This document shows positions 42,070-60,632 of a stretch of 64,000 nucleotides of DNA, in pieces. The notes under the pieces are model-generated. The model saw only the letters and a list, made by a program, of their open reading frames with translations. It had not been told where the DNA came from and ran no database searches. Positions within the stretch are counted from its first letter, which is position 1. Every line of letters begins with the position of its first letter. A program made the position numbers and the translations under genes. Source of the stretch: the human T2T-CHM13v2.0 reference genome, Homo sapiens. The stretch lies in the NCBI RefSeq assembly GCF_009914755.1, contig NC_060927.1; one strand, written 5' to 3'.

Positions 42070-44970
42070 GTTACAGTCCTACCTTTCATGTCTACACCTT
42101 TCTTTGGACTGAGCCTTGGAAAGATACAAGGTGAAAAAAGAAAGAAAGAAAGAAAAGAAAGACAGGATAGGAAACATATCTACAGAGCCCTTTCTATGTC
42201 CCAGGTTCCTGTTCCATATATTGCCTTGTTTCCATCTCACGGTTTTGGGGAATCCATTAAATCTAGAGCAGGTGAGTAAGAAAATACTTGAAGTCAAGCA
42301 ATTAGGTAATCTAAGACAGTGGCTGTGTGGGAAGTTACATGGAGATGGGCTCTGAACCATCATGGGGACTTGAGCACTCTACTCTCATTTATATTCCAGA
42401 AGAGTTGTGGACATTCCTGGCCAGATCTGTGTAACAGAAGCCAGGAAAAGCACACACTGAGGGCACCCCCGCTCTGGACTGTAATGAAGGCAAAAGCGTT
42501 AGGCTTGCCAAGAAACACTTCTACTTCCTTGTTCCCCATTTAAACTTGAAATGACTTCACTATCCTTCTTTCCCCCTTTGTAATTTAGGATATGTCCAAA
42601 ATGAGCAGACAGTAAGAACAATAGCTCTAAATTATACCAACAGTTTAAATACCATTTTAACACTTAGTGCAATTTTAAATGTTGTGCATTCCTTCTACCT
42701 AGCATCTCAGTATTTTCCTTGTTCCTTTGACCTTAGTTTTGACTAGAAGCTCTTCTGTGAGGTTGCAAAAGAGTTCAACTTCTGGAGGTTACCAAGCCTC
42801 CCAGAACCATCTTTACACAAATGCAGGTATAGATCTGCTATCAGAAACAGATTCACTTTCTTTATGCCACATGATATTAATATCCTAATTCCAGAAATGC
42901 ATCTAAAGTTCAAGGACATATTGTAGCATCTTGACTTTCTGGACCAAGAACTAATATATGATTCATACAAAAATAAGAATGCTATTAAAAACTGTCTACA
43001 GTCTACCAGTTAATATTCACTGCCAAATCATAAATTACATTTTTTTTAAACACTTGATTTCTTTTAAGGTTTACCATATTCCTGATACTGTCTGAAAACA
43101 GGGAATTAATCCTTCACATCTAGTGTGATATCTGACACCTACTATGTGTTATATAACAAATGTTATGTAAATAAATGCATCAGTAAATAAAACACCCAGA
43201 GAAATTGTTTTAAAGACAAAGAAAAGGAGATTAACTTTTTTTAGAGAAAATATTGAGGAGGAATGACCTAACACTTATATTCTAGATAAAATCGAATTTT
43301 AACTATCTTTTTACTGAAACCTAAACTTCCTGGATTTTCACGCTAAAAATATTAGATTCTTAAAATAGGAGTTCTTTTTCTTAAGCGATAATCACTTATC
43401 CTCAGATATACTATGCAAAACATGTCCATTTCATACCAAATAGCTACCCTTCTAGAGTATTTGGGAAACATTTTGATATAATGAATATGGCTCTTGTCAA
43501 ACATGTTATTCTCTATCTAAATGCAAATTCATTTACAAATGACAAGCAATAAAGAAAATTAGAATCATTTTGCTTGAGTTTTGACACAGGAAGTCATCAA
43601 GGACAACTCAGGGACTTTCTCCTCTGGGGCTCCCAAGAACAAAAGCTAAACTGCAGCACTCTCTATGTATCTCGAGGGAGATTACCTGCCTCCAGACTGG
43701 TTTAAGTCAATGGATCCTGCTTTCATTTATAATTTTCAGAGGTATCCAGTAACTGATGCTTCTCCCCAGGGTTCCATCTTAAGCACCCCTTCCCTTCTCA
43801 CCCTGCAGAATTTTCTTAAAAATTCTTAACACTCCGAAGTCTGTATCTACAACCTGGACCTTTATTCTGAGTCCTAGCATGTGTCAACTGCCTACAACAC
43901 TTTCCCCAAGTGTCTTCTTTGTCATTTTCTTTACCTTTCCCAACCACTCCCTGCCTTCCCCAACAACTCCATCCACTCATCCACTCAATCCCTGCTCCAA
44001 AGCACCTCTCATTTTATTATTTTATTATATTTCCCATACTGGTTAATAATGCCACCATCCACACAGTCCCCAAAGAGAGTTTAAAAATCATTTTTAATTC
44101 CTCCCTCCATCATCTTCACTCTCTTTAGTCTAATCAGTCATCAAGCCCTGACCCTATATCTTCTAAATACTGCCTGTATTTGTTCATTCTTTTCACCCCT
44201 ACCCTTGGTTGGAGTATGGCCATTACCATCCAATTCCCTGCTCATAGTTTCATCTGCTCTAATTTATCCTCAACATTACCTTCACAGTAACATTTCAAAT
44301 ATGTAAATATGATCGAGTGGCTGACTCCCTTGCTTAAAAGCATGTGATGAAGTTCAAATTTTTAAAAAATAATTTAAATGTTTAATGGGACACCATCACC
44401 TTTCAAGATAGAGCCTGGTACTTCTGCATGGTCTTCACAAGGCAGGTGGGGAATTTCAGAATCTGACTCTTCACTCACAATTTCCTGTATGTATCATAGA
44501 CGACCCTCCCAGCCAGGAATGTTGACATGATCACAGAATACATAAATAAAAGGAGGTGATAGTTTTGCCATCCTCAGAAGTAATTAGATGACACCAGAAG
44601 TTGTATAATCAGAAAAACAGAATCGTACAGTGTTTAAAAGTGTAGACTCCTAATGTAGGCTGCTGGAGTTCAAACCCTGGCTCCTCTACTTGCCGGTTTT
44701 GAGCAAGTTATGAAGCTATGCAACCTTCATCAGTAAAATAGGAATAATAAAAATACCTATCTTATGGGGGTTTCCGGCAACTACATTAATTAAAATATAC
44801 AAAGCAACATGAAATAATAAATGTTAATATTGTAATGCCCATAATACTTTAAGAGAGATATTAACCAATGGAGCATAGCCTGACAAGGTGACCAGAATAT
44901 GAAGACAAACTGAGATTATGCCATGTGAAGAATAATTGTAGTTATATGCAACTTACAGTAAAGAAATGTT

Positions 44971-45262
44971 GGCCAGGCACGGTGGCTCACGCCTGTAATC
45001 CCAGCACTTTGGCAGGTCAAGGCAGGCAGATCACAAGGTCAGGAGTTCAAGACCAGCCTGGCCAACATTGTGAAATCCCATCTCTACTAAAAATACAAAA
45101 AATTAGCTGGGTGTGATGACGGGCGCCTGTAATCCAAGCTACTCAGAGGCTGAGGCAGGAGAATTCCTTGAACCTGGGAGGCAGAGGTTGCAGTGAGCTG
45201 AGATCACGCCACTGCACTCCAGCCCGGGTGACAGTGCAAGACTCCGTCTCAAAAACAAAAAA
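44971..45262 (+). mobile_element. AluS (Sg-like)
   Basis: Full dimer; TSD agaaatgtt. Confidence 0.95.
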
Positions 45263-46271
45263 GTCAGAAATGTTGGCAAGACATTACATGGCAAGATGTA
45301 CTAAAATATCTGGAAAGCAATCCAGAGTGTTGAACCAGGAACATTAGTGGAACTCTTGGGAAACAAATTCTAGCTCAAATTCTAGAAACACTTTTCATAA
45401 AAGAAATGTCTAACAATAAGAGGGTTTGTCATCAGAGAAAGTGGGTTCCCCTCCACTAAAGGTGTTTAACCAATAGCTGGATAACTCTTCATTTACAATA
45501 TTTCAAAGAAATTGATCAAAAAAATGCAGGGGAGAAAAATGACTTCTAAGGGACTTAGGGGTCTCAGATGACAAAGGGCTTCATATGTCACCTAACAGTA
45601 AATAGGTGCTTATAGTAATTATTTTTAGTAAATTCCATAAAGTATAAATAGTCATGGCATGAGCTTAGGTTGATTTGTCATCTAGTTTCCCTTAATAACC
45701 CTGTTTACCCAGTGATGAGTAAAATACAGATCTAGGGATGTGTCACATCATCTGAAATTATTTCCCCAGCTCCATGATTCATCGTGGACAGCTCTAGACA
45801 AATGCTCTCAAGTGGTAGCTGTCCCTGGCTACTGCAGCTGCATTTCCTTTTGTTCCCATGGAATTTTTCTTGAAAAACACAATGACTATTTTTTTACCTC
45901 TACAATTTGCTTGCAGTGTTTCTTTTCATTCATTTAACGTGTTTTGAAAGCAATATGCCAAAGGGAATTTGAGAGGAGTTTTATTTTGACCCTATGTATC
46001 AGTTTCAAGAAGGTGAAAAAGTTCAGAAACAAAGAAATTGAGTCATCTTTTGACCTTGATACAACTGAAGCTTTAAGATAAATCCATTAAAAAGAGCTAC
46101 TCAGTCGAATTCCTACTATGTACCAATAATAATTCTATTTTAAAAATAAAAAAACAGGCTAAGACGGGCTTAATAGCCAACTCAAAGCCACATGGTCAAT
46201 AAGGAGGAAAGCTGAGAGTCAGTCATGTGAGTCTAATGTCAAATATATTATGCCTGATTTCTACCCTTTAA

Positions 46272-46272
<1 letters not shown>

Positions 46273-46326
<54 letters not shown>
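46273..46326. repeat. (AC)n microsatellite, ~27 units
   Basis: Seen directly, pure. Confidence 0.98.
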
Positions 46327-46328
<2 letters not shown>

Positions 46329-47329
46329 GTTCCAGGCTCACTCCCTGCATCATACAGTAAAGCATGTCTCAAATCTTGAAGGTAGGAGAAGCCAGTGTAC
46401 CATTCTCTATGGTCCTGAACCATCTTTCACCCTGAGGAACACACCAAGGCCAGTCTTTGAATTTGCATATAATATTTGATGTTACAGTTTGTACCTGCAC
46501 GTTACTGTTTGGCCTGGATTTGTCCACTGGCTCAGGACTAGCCAGTTAGGCTCTCCCTCCCTGTAGCACCAACACCCTCCAACCCGACTCCTGGCACCTG
46601 GCCACTGGGCGTTTCCTTACCACCACCTGCACAAGAGCGATGTGATAATTTAGTCATTTAATCATCCATTTCAGCTGGAGTGTCAAGACATGTTATGCTG
46701 TGATTGGTTATGAATGGCACAGCATAAAGTTTTGCATAACTTGGAGTCCATACTGCAGCCTGACCTTTCAGAATATGGAAATTCCATGGCATGGAATACA
46801 AGAAAATGTGTGAAATGTGAGGGGAAAGGATGAAGAAAGCACCATCTCGTATTGATACTTAAGGGGCAAAAGGAATGTGCAGTGATGAATCCCACTGTAC
46901 CAAGGACCAACTCCTCCCAGACCCAAGTCTGGATTTTTCACAGTGGGTTATTCTCCAGCTGCACAACATGGACCTTCTACTTGAGGAGGCCCCAGCCTCC
47001 CACCCAGCCTTCACACAAAATGCTCACATCAGTGAGTCCATTTGATGGCCTTTCCCAGAAATTCTTCCCACTGTTATTCATTTTCTTTGGCTTTCAATAT
47101 CCACCTCTTCCAGAAGACCATCTCTAAAGTTTGTATTTATGATCCCCTCCTTGAAGTAAGGCACTGCAAAAATCTTTTTTGGGTTTACTTAGAGATGATG
47201 GGAAGCCATTGATGGATACACGTAAACTAGAAGAATTGTACTGGCATAGGTAAAAATCAACAAGAACAAGGGAGAACATGACTGTTTTTCTTTACAGGTT
47301 GTAAATTAGAATTTGAAAAAGTTCAAACG

Positions 47330-48150
47330 TCATAGTCAATATGTCCTTTAAGTTACATTTAATTTATAGATTCTTTCTCCATTTTATCTTTGCAATTTAT
47401 TTCTCTAAGGCTCCACTTTGTAGTGTAGAGTTTCTCAGTATCAATTTTGCTGACCGATTCCCACAATATTTTATAACATGTTCCTCTGTCCTCTTTACTT
47501 TCTATAAATTGTTCATAGGATCTAAGGGATTGATTATATTCAGGTTCAGGTTTTTTGTAAGACTAAATCATAATTGATATTGTAGTTGTTCTCTTTTTGA
47601 TAATAAAAATCATTCATGATCAAGGTCTCAGTACATTAACCCATTATGAGTTGCAAAATGATGATAGTTTAATTCTACTATACCATCCTCATTAACTAAG
47701 TTAAATACTTCTACAAAGAAAAACTTTAATTCACCTACTATTTGGTTTCCCAGTGCTTTAGTTAATAAAAGAAATATAGGATAAATGATGGATTCTTTTC
47801 CTATACTTACCAGGTTTCAATATAATAAGTTGATTCCCTAGCATCTTCTAATGGTGACCAATTAGTTGTTTTTTTTAAAAAAAAAAAAAAAAAAGCACTA
47901 TGAAATTATGGGTTAAACACATTTGCTGTATTTCTATTCATTTCAGCTGTTGTCCTGATTGATACTTAGATTGCCCTTTCTTTGTTCCATCTTCAAGTTG
48001 GTCCCTGAACTCCTTTGAAGCAATCCTGATAGTCTGATAGTCTTTGATAGATGCCCTGCTATCTAGTGTAATTCATCTTCCTTATTTCCTGTCCCACATC
48101 TGGAATCAGTCTTCTCCCTAAGGAATCTTTATTCCTTATAGGAACAATGC
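47330..48150 (-). mobile_element. Old L1MC-type fragment
   Basis: atctggaatcagtcttctccctaaggaatcttt and ggtctcagtacattaacccattatgagttgcaaaatg motifs. Confidence 0.5.
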
Positions 48151-48748
48151 TGGCATTTTCTCCAACGATCTTAATCCATCCTGAATGTCTATTGCATTTC
48201 TGCACTTCACCCCAACACCATGCCTCCCAGTTGAGACTCAGGGATGCAAGGAGGGATTGAAAGTTCCTCATGAATATGATGACAGATAGGTTTAGGCTCA
48301 AAGATGGCTGAAGCCCAGGGATGTCCATGACATAAATGACTTGGTAGAAATAATAAAATAATGGTATTACAATTTCAAGTGGCTACTATGACACAGCCAT
48401 ATCAAAATACCCTGCTGTAAGGCAAGCCAACCAGTTAGGAGGCAATTTGATTATTTCAGGAAAAGCAGCATGATAGGTATTGGAGTCAAACTAACTTGGG
48501 TTTGAATCCCGTATCTACTACTTGAAAATTTGCATGACCTTGGGCAAATTACTTAACCTCCCTAAGCCTCAGCATCCTCATTCATAAAATAGGATAGTAA
48601 TAACACATATCTGATAGGGTTATCAATGTAATACATGTAAAACATAAGACCTATTACATACCAAGTGCTCAATAAATAAAAATAGTGATTATTTTTGACA
48701 TTTTATTATTGCTAAAATTTATATACTGACAGACAGCAGATTCTAAAA

Positions 48749-49430
<682 letters not shown>

Positions 49431-49610
49431 ATATATATACACATATATATACATATATGTATATAGTAAGCAAAGGTTTGGTGACTGCTGGGATCTGGGA
49501 TGAGGGGTGAGGAACAGGGGGGAGTGATGGACCACCTCTAGTTTTCTGGCCTAAATCATTTCTTTCATGGAGCCTATGCACCTGACACTTTCTAACATGA
49601 AACCGCTTTT

Positions 49611-51848
<2,238 letters not shown>

Positions 51849-52869
51849 TTAATGAATGCTTCTTAACAGACTGATGTCTATTTTCCCAAGAAAACAACTG
51901 TCTCTATTGGCTGCTATAGCCTATGGGCAAAGAGGCAGTTCTTCTGGGTCTTGACAGCAGATGTTGGACAAAATAACCAAATCTGTTCTTTTGGGAGAAA
52001 TAATTTACATTTATTAGTACCTATCATGTTCCAGACATTTAATATGTCTTCTTGCATCATAGCAAAACAATTGTTGGAGGTAGCTATTACAACCTTCATT
52101 TTTACAGATAAGGACATTGAGATTCAGAGGTTAACTAGCTTACCCCGTGTCATATAGCAAAGAAGGATCAGAAGTGAGAGGTAAAAGCAAGTCCATCTGC
52201 CTTTTTGATCCATGCTTCCTCTTTGTAAACTGGGTTGTCTTTTAGGAGTATATGTGTCCCTAATTTAGAACTCAAGAATCTATATGCTACAAAATGTAGG
52301 AGATGCAAGCTCTTAAACTATTCTAAGTTATTTATGTTATTTATAGGGCTTCCTTGGCACCCAAGTCATCCTATTAAACATTTTCCAGGCAATTCTGAAA
52401 GCATAGATTTTTTTAAAGGAGTATCTAATTTAATACTTCTCAAGAGTCTTTCACCATAGAATCCAAGCAATTTGACCTGACCTGGTTTTTCTTTGACCTG
52501 TAGCCATCCAAAGAGAATCATTATTCCTGTTAACTGATTTTTTTAAATACATCTTTAAGTATAATCCTTCAATGAGTGAGAGTAGGATTTAGAATTTCAA
52601 ATACATTTTCCTTTATCTGCTTAGTGTCTTTTGCATTGTAAAAGTCTTTTGTTGTTGGATCCATTTGCTTCTAAGTGGCCTTTTACCTGAAGCCTTAAAA
52701 AAAAAAAAAAAAAAAAAAAACTATCCAAGAAAACCAAAAAGTATCCACTCTTAATGTTGGCATCTGGCCCAGAATATCTCTGACAAATGCTAATATTCAA
52801 TGATTTCTCTGAATTATGTCTCAAATCCCTTCAGTCAGGCTAATGCTCTTAATTTAGCATGTTAGGAAT

Positions 52870-53600
52870 CAGGCAGAAATATGGCCAAAAGCCTTAAATG
52901 AAAAAGAATTAAAGATGAAAAATATTTTTAAAAATCTAATAAGCATCTAAAGAGATAATAAACATCATTATTAATCAAAGAAATGAAAATGTTCAATAAG
53001 ATACCATCACACACTCACTAAAATAACTAGAATGAAAATTTAGGCAATGCTAATTTTTTGAAAGATTTAGAGTAAATGATAACTATTGTGCTCAATAAGT
53101 TATAATATAAATTTGACAATTGCATAGGAGAACTTTTTGGCAGTTTCTAATAATACAATTTAAAATACACATATTCTATATCCTATAAATTTACATGATG
53201 AAATATTATACAGTAATAACAATAATTGATAATTGCCATACAGAATGACAGTGAGGAATATTAAAAATATAGTATTACAAACATAATATTTCAAATATAA
53301 CATGACAAATAATATTATAAGATACAAAAATTACATATTGACCGATTCAAATTTTGCAAAATTTAAAAACCTATGAAATGAATCTATAATATTAAAAAAG
53401 CACAATAGTGGTTATCCCTGGAAAGTAAGTAGAGAATGGAAGGTGAATAAAAAGGGGTTCTGTGATTCTGCTACAATTCTGTTTCTTGACTTGGATGCTG
53501 GTTTTACACATGTGTTCAGTTTGTAAAAACTTATTCAACTGCACACTAAGTTTTATAGAATTTTCTCTTTTAAAGTATACACCCATATAAAGTTAAAACA
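52870..53600 (+). mobile_element. Old L1ME-type 3' fragment
   Basis: aacatcattattaatcaaagaaatgaaaat, agataccat, ttctgtttcttgacttggatgctgg..acacatgtgttcagtttgtaaaa. Confidence 0.6.
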
Positions 53601-54465
53601 TTGGCATGTTAGGTATATTAGGATATATAAAAAAGCATATTCATTTGTATACATATAAATAAACAGCTCTGTGTAAATAAGTAGCTACTAATAATGTCAA
53701 GCCTATTATTTTAATTAATCTTCATGAGAAATTTTAAAGGTTGCATTAACAGTCTCATTTTGGAGACAAGAGTATTAAGACTCAGAAAAGTTAATTAGCT
53801 TGCACCCAGTGTAATACTGATAGCAAAAGAACAGAAATGGAATTCAAACTCAGTCATCTCTATCTCCAGAGTTTCTTACCACAATTGCACTAAGCAATAA
53901 AAGACATGAATAAATCAAAGGAAGCTTTGTCCTATTGGCAAAAAGAAAGGGCTGAATGACTCAGTTTCAGGCTGAGAACACTGAGTTCAGTATGCTGGTT
54001 TCCTTCAGGAATAGAATTTTACACATATTATGAGTTCAGAGAGGCTGTGGACAAATTTAATTATAGTTCACCCAATAACCACCACAATTGGATAGAATAG
54101 GTCCAGTGAACCATATTTTCTTGGCCACAAAATACCTCCCTTACCAATTTGCCATGACACTTAAAATTTCCACAATTAATCATTAGCTCCCCTTTGGGAT
54201 GGAGTAGTAGTTTATCCATTGCATTAGAGATAGGGCTCCATGGGGAAATGGAATAGGGTGAGGAAGAAATAAGGTACAAAAACGTGGTTGGATCCTAACA
54301 CCATAAGAAGTTTTGTGCCCAAGATGCCCAACTCTAGAAATGCAGCCCATAGAAATCATTAACAAGGATCAGTGGAGGACTTTCATTTCGCCTTCCCATT
54401 TGATGCTTAATCTTTCCACCCTCGACTTTACTAGATTTGCCATGAGCATTACCGAATATTCATTT

Positions 54466-54586
54466 ACGAGTTAATGGGTGCAGCACACCAACATGGCACA
54501 TGTATACATATGTAACAAACCTGCACGTTGTGCACATGTACCCTAAAACTTAAAGTATAATAATAAAGTAAAAAAACTAAAAAAAG
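54466..54586 (+). mobile_element. Very short L1PA 3' end (~120 bp)
   Basis: acgagttaatgggtgcagcacaccaacatggcacatgtatacatatgtaacaaacctgcacg...taaagtataataataaa; no clear TSD. Confidence 0.9.
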
Positions 54587-57154
54587 TATTAACTGGGTGG
54601 TGTCTCATGTAATATGACTCACCTAAAGCCAAAAAATAAAAAAACCTACTTGCAATTTTTCAAAAAAAAAAAGAAATAAATAAACAAAATGTAAAATATA
54701 AATTACATTTAACCAAAGACAGATTATAAGTCAAATAAGTTGCAGGAACAGACCTCGATTTCAACTTTCCAAAGTAGAACATAAGAAAACTTTTCAGGTG
54801 AAAGGAACCTTAGACTCATCTTTTTCAATCCCACATGTTACATATAAGGAATAGGAGACCACGAGGCAAAACGACCCCAGTTACAGATGAGTTAATAGCA
54901 TAGCTAGTGCTCTTTCCATGGCTCACTCTTTTCTTTGTGCCTTTCTCCATAAAAAATTAAATATCACATCTATGAATGTCTACTGAATACATTTAACTGT
55001 GTGAACCTTTACACCGATTTTATCTTTCAAATCTAATATATATGTAATTCATTTTTAAGTGGTAATAGCATATACTTAATGCTTCCCATGTTGCAGACAT
55101 TTTTCACACATTAACTCACATGTATATCATATATATATTCAGGTATTAACATATATATGTATTAACTCACATATATTCACGTTACATATAGTATGTACTG
55201 TTGCATACGCACATATATGGTATAAAATTATTGCACTGTAACATCACAAAGTATATCACATAAGTTAACTCAACCTTCACAAGAACTTTATGAGGTATAT
55301 ACTGTTATTATCACGCTAATTTTACGGAAGAAAAGACAAATGTAAAAAAGCATTAGAAATTGCCCAAGGCCACTTAGATAATAAGGAGCAAAGCCTAGGT
55401 TTGGGTCCATCTGTTCATATTCTTACCATTATATTTTATTTTCTTGTCTTTTTCTCATCCTGCCACACTCTTCTATCATCCCTCATTTTCCCTCTCTCTC
55501 TAAATTTTGTGTCATGAAGAATTAATGGAAGAAATAAGCTGAATGTTGCCATCGCTTAACCATTACTTCTTTGATGGAGTTTTGGTACTTCATTTGCCTA
55601 GCAAAAATTAAATTCTGAAAAAAAATTAAATTTTGAAAAAATTCAAAACCAATGAGAGAACGTTGGTTTTGAAGTTGGACAGGCTTGGATTGAAATTTTA
55701 TCTTCACCAATGAACAGTTATGTGAACTGAGAAAATTACTTAGTTTCCTGAAAATTAGTTTCCTCTTTGGGTAAAGAGTTCTCATAAAGGTTACTGTCAG
55801 ATGCATACAAATGCATTATGTACATAGGTCTAGAGAAGTATCTCACATTTTCATGTCTATTGTTGTCATCTCAAGTTCTTCTCCATAAAGAGCTCTTATT
55901 ACAGTTTGAATCCCTATAGAAACAAGAGTTAAACCACATTCACCATGGAGGAAAGGGTGGTTTCAACATAAATCTGTCATTTATACTGATCTAGGAGGAA
56001 CACATGAGTTATGAGCAGGTTTCCTCACACCAGCTGTGTATGCGTGATGCCCAACACAGTGAAGGTTTAACAATTAAGCTGGTTTTAAATGTGTAGCATA
56101 GAAGGAATCAAAACTGAACATCAGTTGTGATTATTCACTTGTACAGCTCACTAAAGGTAAATTATCAAACAGTGAACTAATTAAGACCATGTAAAAATGT
56201 GTTTTCCATTTCTTCAGAGGGCTTTTCGGGTTCTTTGGAAAAAAATCAAACAGAAGGGCTTTATGTATCAGTATGGCCAAATTTTGAAAAAAAATTCTGC
56301 TATTTCCCCCAAATGGAAAAAACTAACATTTACTGAGTACCTACAGAATACCATATATATTATTTCAAATAATTGTCACATGGAAATCCTGTATGATATC
56401 TGCTGTTACTCTAATTTTCTTGATGAGGAAAATGAAACTCAGGGAAATTAACAATGTATTTGTGTCATATAATTACTAAATAATGGAGCTGGGATTGCAA
56501 CCTGAATCTAATTTAAAAGTTCTTTCAACTAAACCTGAGATGGTCATTTCTGATAGCTGTGATGACCATAGAAGTGATGCAATGCAAAACTTATTTTATT
56601 ATTTATGAACATGCCTAACAATCTTATATTAAAGACACCCATCCACACTTGTCTGACCTGCTTGTCTAGTCCTCTAGACCAAAGTTCTATAAGAGCAGAG
56701 GCATTGTCTGATATGTTTATCAATATGTTCCCAACACCCAACTCGGTGCCTGCCACCTAGCTAAAAGTTCAGTATTTGTTGGATAAAGAAGTGAATGCTG
56801 AATTGATTAAAAAGAATACAGATTAGCTCCACAGTCATATTTTCACAGATGGTGAAACTGGGGGAATAGGGAGTGTTTTGTCTGCAGTTTACCATTGCTC
56901 AGTGACAGAATGAAGATTAGGAACCCAAAGCTGTGAATAAAAGCCCATTGCTGAGTTTAACGAACCAAGTCAACAGCAGGCTAAAGGACAGGTACATTAT
57001 TTAACCTGAGCTGCTGTCCTCCTGAAACAGATGTCAATGCGTCATGATTATATGAGCAGCAGTTGTTTTACATAACACATGACAGAGGTCACAAGTGACC
57101 ACCACACCATTGCCAGTCAGAGGAGTCCATACATGGTTGCCCCAGCAACTGAAA

Positions 57155-60100
57155 AGCAGGCTGCAAGACAACCTAATAGAACCCTCCAGCAATCACCACC
57201 ACTTCCAAGCAATAGGAACACTACATGGAAAGACAATCCACACAAGAAAACACCTTCATAAGAAGCAAAAATCAGGTGAGCAGTCACAGTACCCGGTTTT
57301 AAAATCATAACAAGGAAAGCGCATTGAAAAGGGTAGGAAAAACAGTCTTGAATTGCCCACACTGCCACTTCCATCCCCTGGCAGAAGCTGCATGGCACAG
57401 AAAAAGAATCTGTGTGCTTGGAGAAGAGCACAGTGATTGTGGGACTTTGCATTGAAATTCACAGCTGCCCTGTCACAGTGGAAAACAACATGGGGGCAGA
57501 ACCCAGCTGGCACCATCAGACAGAATATTTAGACAAGCCCTAGCCAGAGAAGAATCACCCTTCTCAGTGGTCAGAACCTGAGTTCCAGCTAGCTCCATCA
57601 CTGTGGGAAAAAGTCCTCTAAGGTCCTAAATAAACTTGAAAGGCAGCCTAGGCCACAAGGACTGCAATTCCTGAGCAAGTCCTGATGCTGTGCTGGGCTT
57701 ATAGCCTGTGGACTTGGTGGGTGCACAACCCAGGGAGACACCATCCGGGGCAACTAAGGGAGTACTTGTGTCACCCCTCCCCCAAACCCAGGCAGTGCAG
57801 CTTGCAGCTCCAGGAGAGACTCCTTTCTTCTGCTTGAGGAGAGGTAAGGGGAAAGTAAAGAGAACTTTGTCTTGGAACTTGGATACCAGCCCAACCACAG
57901 TGGAATATGGCACCAGGCAGAGTCCTAAGGACTCTATTCCAGGCCCTTGCTTATGGATGACATTTCTAGATACACTGTGGGCCAGAAGGGAACCTACTGC
58001 CTTGAAGGGAAGAAACTAGTCCAGGTAGGATTTATCACCTGCTGACTAAAGGGTCCTTGGGCCTTAAATAAACATCAGTGGTTGCCAGGCAGTACTTATC
58101 ACGGGGCTTCAGTGAGACCCAGGGTCATGCTGGCTTTAAGTGTGACCCAGCACATTCCCAGCTGTGGTGCCCATAGAGAGAGACTTCTTCTGTTGAGGAA
58201 AGGAGAGGGAAGACTAAAGGGCACTTTGTCTTGCAGCTTGGGTACCAACTTGGCCACAGTAGGGTAGGGCACCAAGCAGGCTTCTGGGATCCCCAATTCC
58301 ATATCTTGGTTCCTGAATGGCATTTCTGGACTCATCCTGGGCTGGAGGGGTGATCACTGCCTTAAAAAGAGAAACTCAGGCCTAGCTGGGTTCACTATCT
58401 GCTGCCTGAAGGGACTTTTGTCCTTGAGTGAATATCAGCAGTAGCCAGGCAGTGGTCACTGTGCACCTTGGGTAAGAAATAGTGCTGTGCTGGCTTTGGA
58501 TCCAGTCCAGTGCAGTCCCAGTGGTGGTGGCCACAGAGGTGCTTGTGTCACCCCTCCAACAGCTCCAGGCAACTCGGCACAAAGAGAGACACTTCATTTC
58601 TTCAGGGAAAAGTTAAGGAAGAGGAGAAGAGTCTCTGCCTGGTAATCCAGGGACTTCTACTGCATCTTACCAAGACAATTAAGGTAGTATCTCTACAAGT
58701 CTGCAAGAGCCACAGTGTTACTGGGCTTGAGGTATCCCATAATGCAGATACAGCTGCAGTGACCAAAGTTTTAGATCACAACACTTCATTCCTCTTGAAT
58801 ACCTGGAAAGCCTTCCCAAGAAGGACAGATACAAACTACTCCAGACTGCAAAAACTATAATAAATACCTAACTGTTCAATGCCCAGACATTGCTGAACAT
58901 CCACAAGCACCGATACCATCCAGGAAAACATGACCTCACCAAATGAAGTAAATAAGGCACAAGTGGCCAATACCGGAATGACAGACATATGTGACCTTTC
59001 AGACAGAAAATTCAGCATAGCTGTTTTAAGGAAGCTCAATGGAATTCAAGACAACACAGAGAAGGAATTCAAAATCCTACCAGTTAAATTTAACAAAGAG
59101 ATTGAAATAGTTTTTAAAAATTAAGCAAAAATTCTGGAGTTGAAAAATTTAACTGACATACTGAAGAATGTATCAGAGTCTTCCAACAGCTGAACTAATG
59201 AAGCAGAATAAATAATTAGTGAGCTTGAAAACAGGCTGTTTTAAAACACAGTCAGAGGAGACAAAAGAAAAAAGAACAAAAAACAATGAATCACACCGAC
59301 AGGATCTGTAAAATAGCCCCAAAAGGGCAAATCTAAGAGTTATTGGCCTTAAGGAGGAGGCAGAAAAACAGATAGAGTAGAAAGTGTATTCAAAGGGATA
59401 ATAACAGAGAAAATCCCAAACCTAGAGAAAGATATCAATATTCAAGTACAGGAAGGTTATAAAACACCAAACAGATTTAACTCAAAGAAGATTACCTCAA
59501 AGCATTTAACAATCAAACTTCCAAAGGTTAGGAATAAAGAAAGGATATTAAAAGCAGCAAGAGAAAAAAAGTAAATAACATATAAAGAAGTTCCAGTATG
59601 TCTGGCAGCAGACATCTCAGTGGAAACCTTTCAGGCCAGGAGAGGGTGGCATGACATATTTAAAGTACTGAAAGAAAAAAAAAAAAAAAAACTTTCCTCA
59701 TAAAATAGTATACCCAGCAAAAATATCTTTTAAACATGAAGGAGAAAATGTTTTCCCAGACAAAGAAAAGCTGAGGGATTTCATCAATACGAGACCTGTC
59801 CTACAAGAAATGCTAAAGGAGTTCTTCAGTCTGAAAGAAAAGGATGTTAAGCAATAAAAAATCATCTCAAGGTACAAAATCCACTGAAAACAGCAAGTAC
59901 ACAGACAAACTCAGAATATTAGAACATTGTAATTGTGGTATATAAAGTACTCATATCTTGAGTAGAAAGACTAAAAGATAAACCTATCAAAAATAATAAT
60001 TACAACATCTTTTCAAGACATAGTATAATAAGGAATAAATAGAAATGACTAAAAGTTTAAAAGTGGGATGAATTGAGTTAAAATGTCAAATTTGTATTAG

Positions 60101-60632
60101 TTTTCCTCTTATTTGTCTGCTTGTTGTTTTTGTTTGTTTTTGAAATCAGTGTTAAGTTGTTGTCAGCTTAAAATAATGGGTTATAAGATGTTATTTGCAA
60201 GCCTCATGGTAACCTCAAATCAAAAAACCTACCACAGATACACAGACAATTAAAAGTGAGAAATTAAAGCATACCACTAGAAAAAAAATTACCTTCACAA
60301 AAATGAACACGGGAAGAAAAGAAGGAAGAAAGAGAAGACTGCAAAACAACCAGAAAGCAAGCAATAAAATTGCAGGAGTACATCTTTACATATCAATAAT
60401 AACATTGGATGGAAATAAATGAACATCTTCAATCAAAAGACATAGAGTGGCTGAATGGATTTAAAAAAAAAGACCAAATGGTCTGTTGCCTACAAGGAAC
60501 ACACTTCACCTATATATACACATAGGCTAAAGACAAAGGAGTGGAAAAAGATATTCCTTGCAAATGAAAACCAAAAAAGAGCAGAAGTAGCTATTCTTAT
60601 ATTGTATGAAAGAGATTTCAAGACAAAAACTA
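57155..60632 (+). mobile_element. Old L1 (L1M1/L1MA-type): 5'UTR with internal repeats, decayed ORF1 (~58930-59850), start of ORF2 (~60370)
   Basis: caccttcataagaagcaaaaatcaggtgagc 5' motif; MTSPNEVNKA...DLSDRKFSIAVLRKL ORF1; caatcaaaagacatagagtggctgaatggat ORF2 endonuclease start. Confidence 0.9.

Noticed and set aside
57760-58640. ~350-400-bp internal direct repeats
   Set aside because: Expected repeat structure of this old L1 5'UTR class
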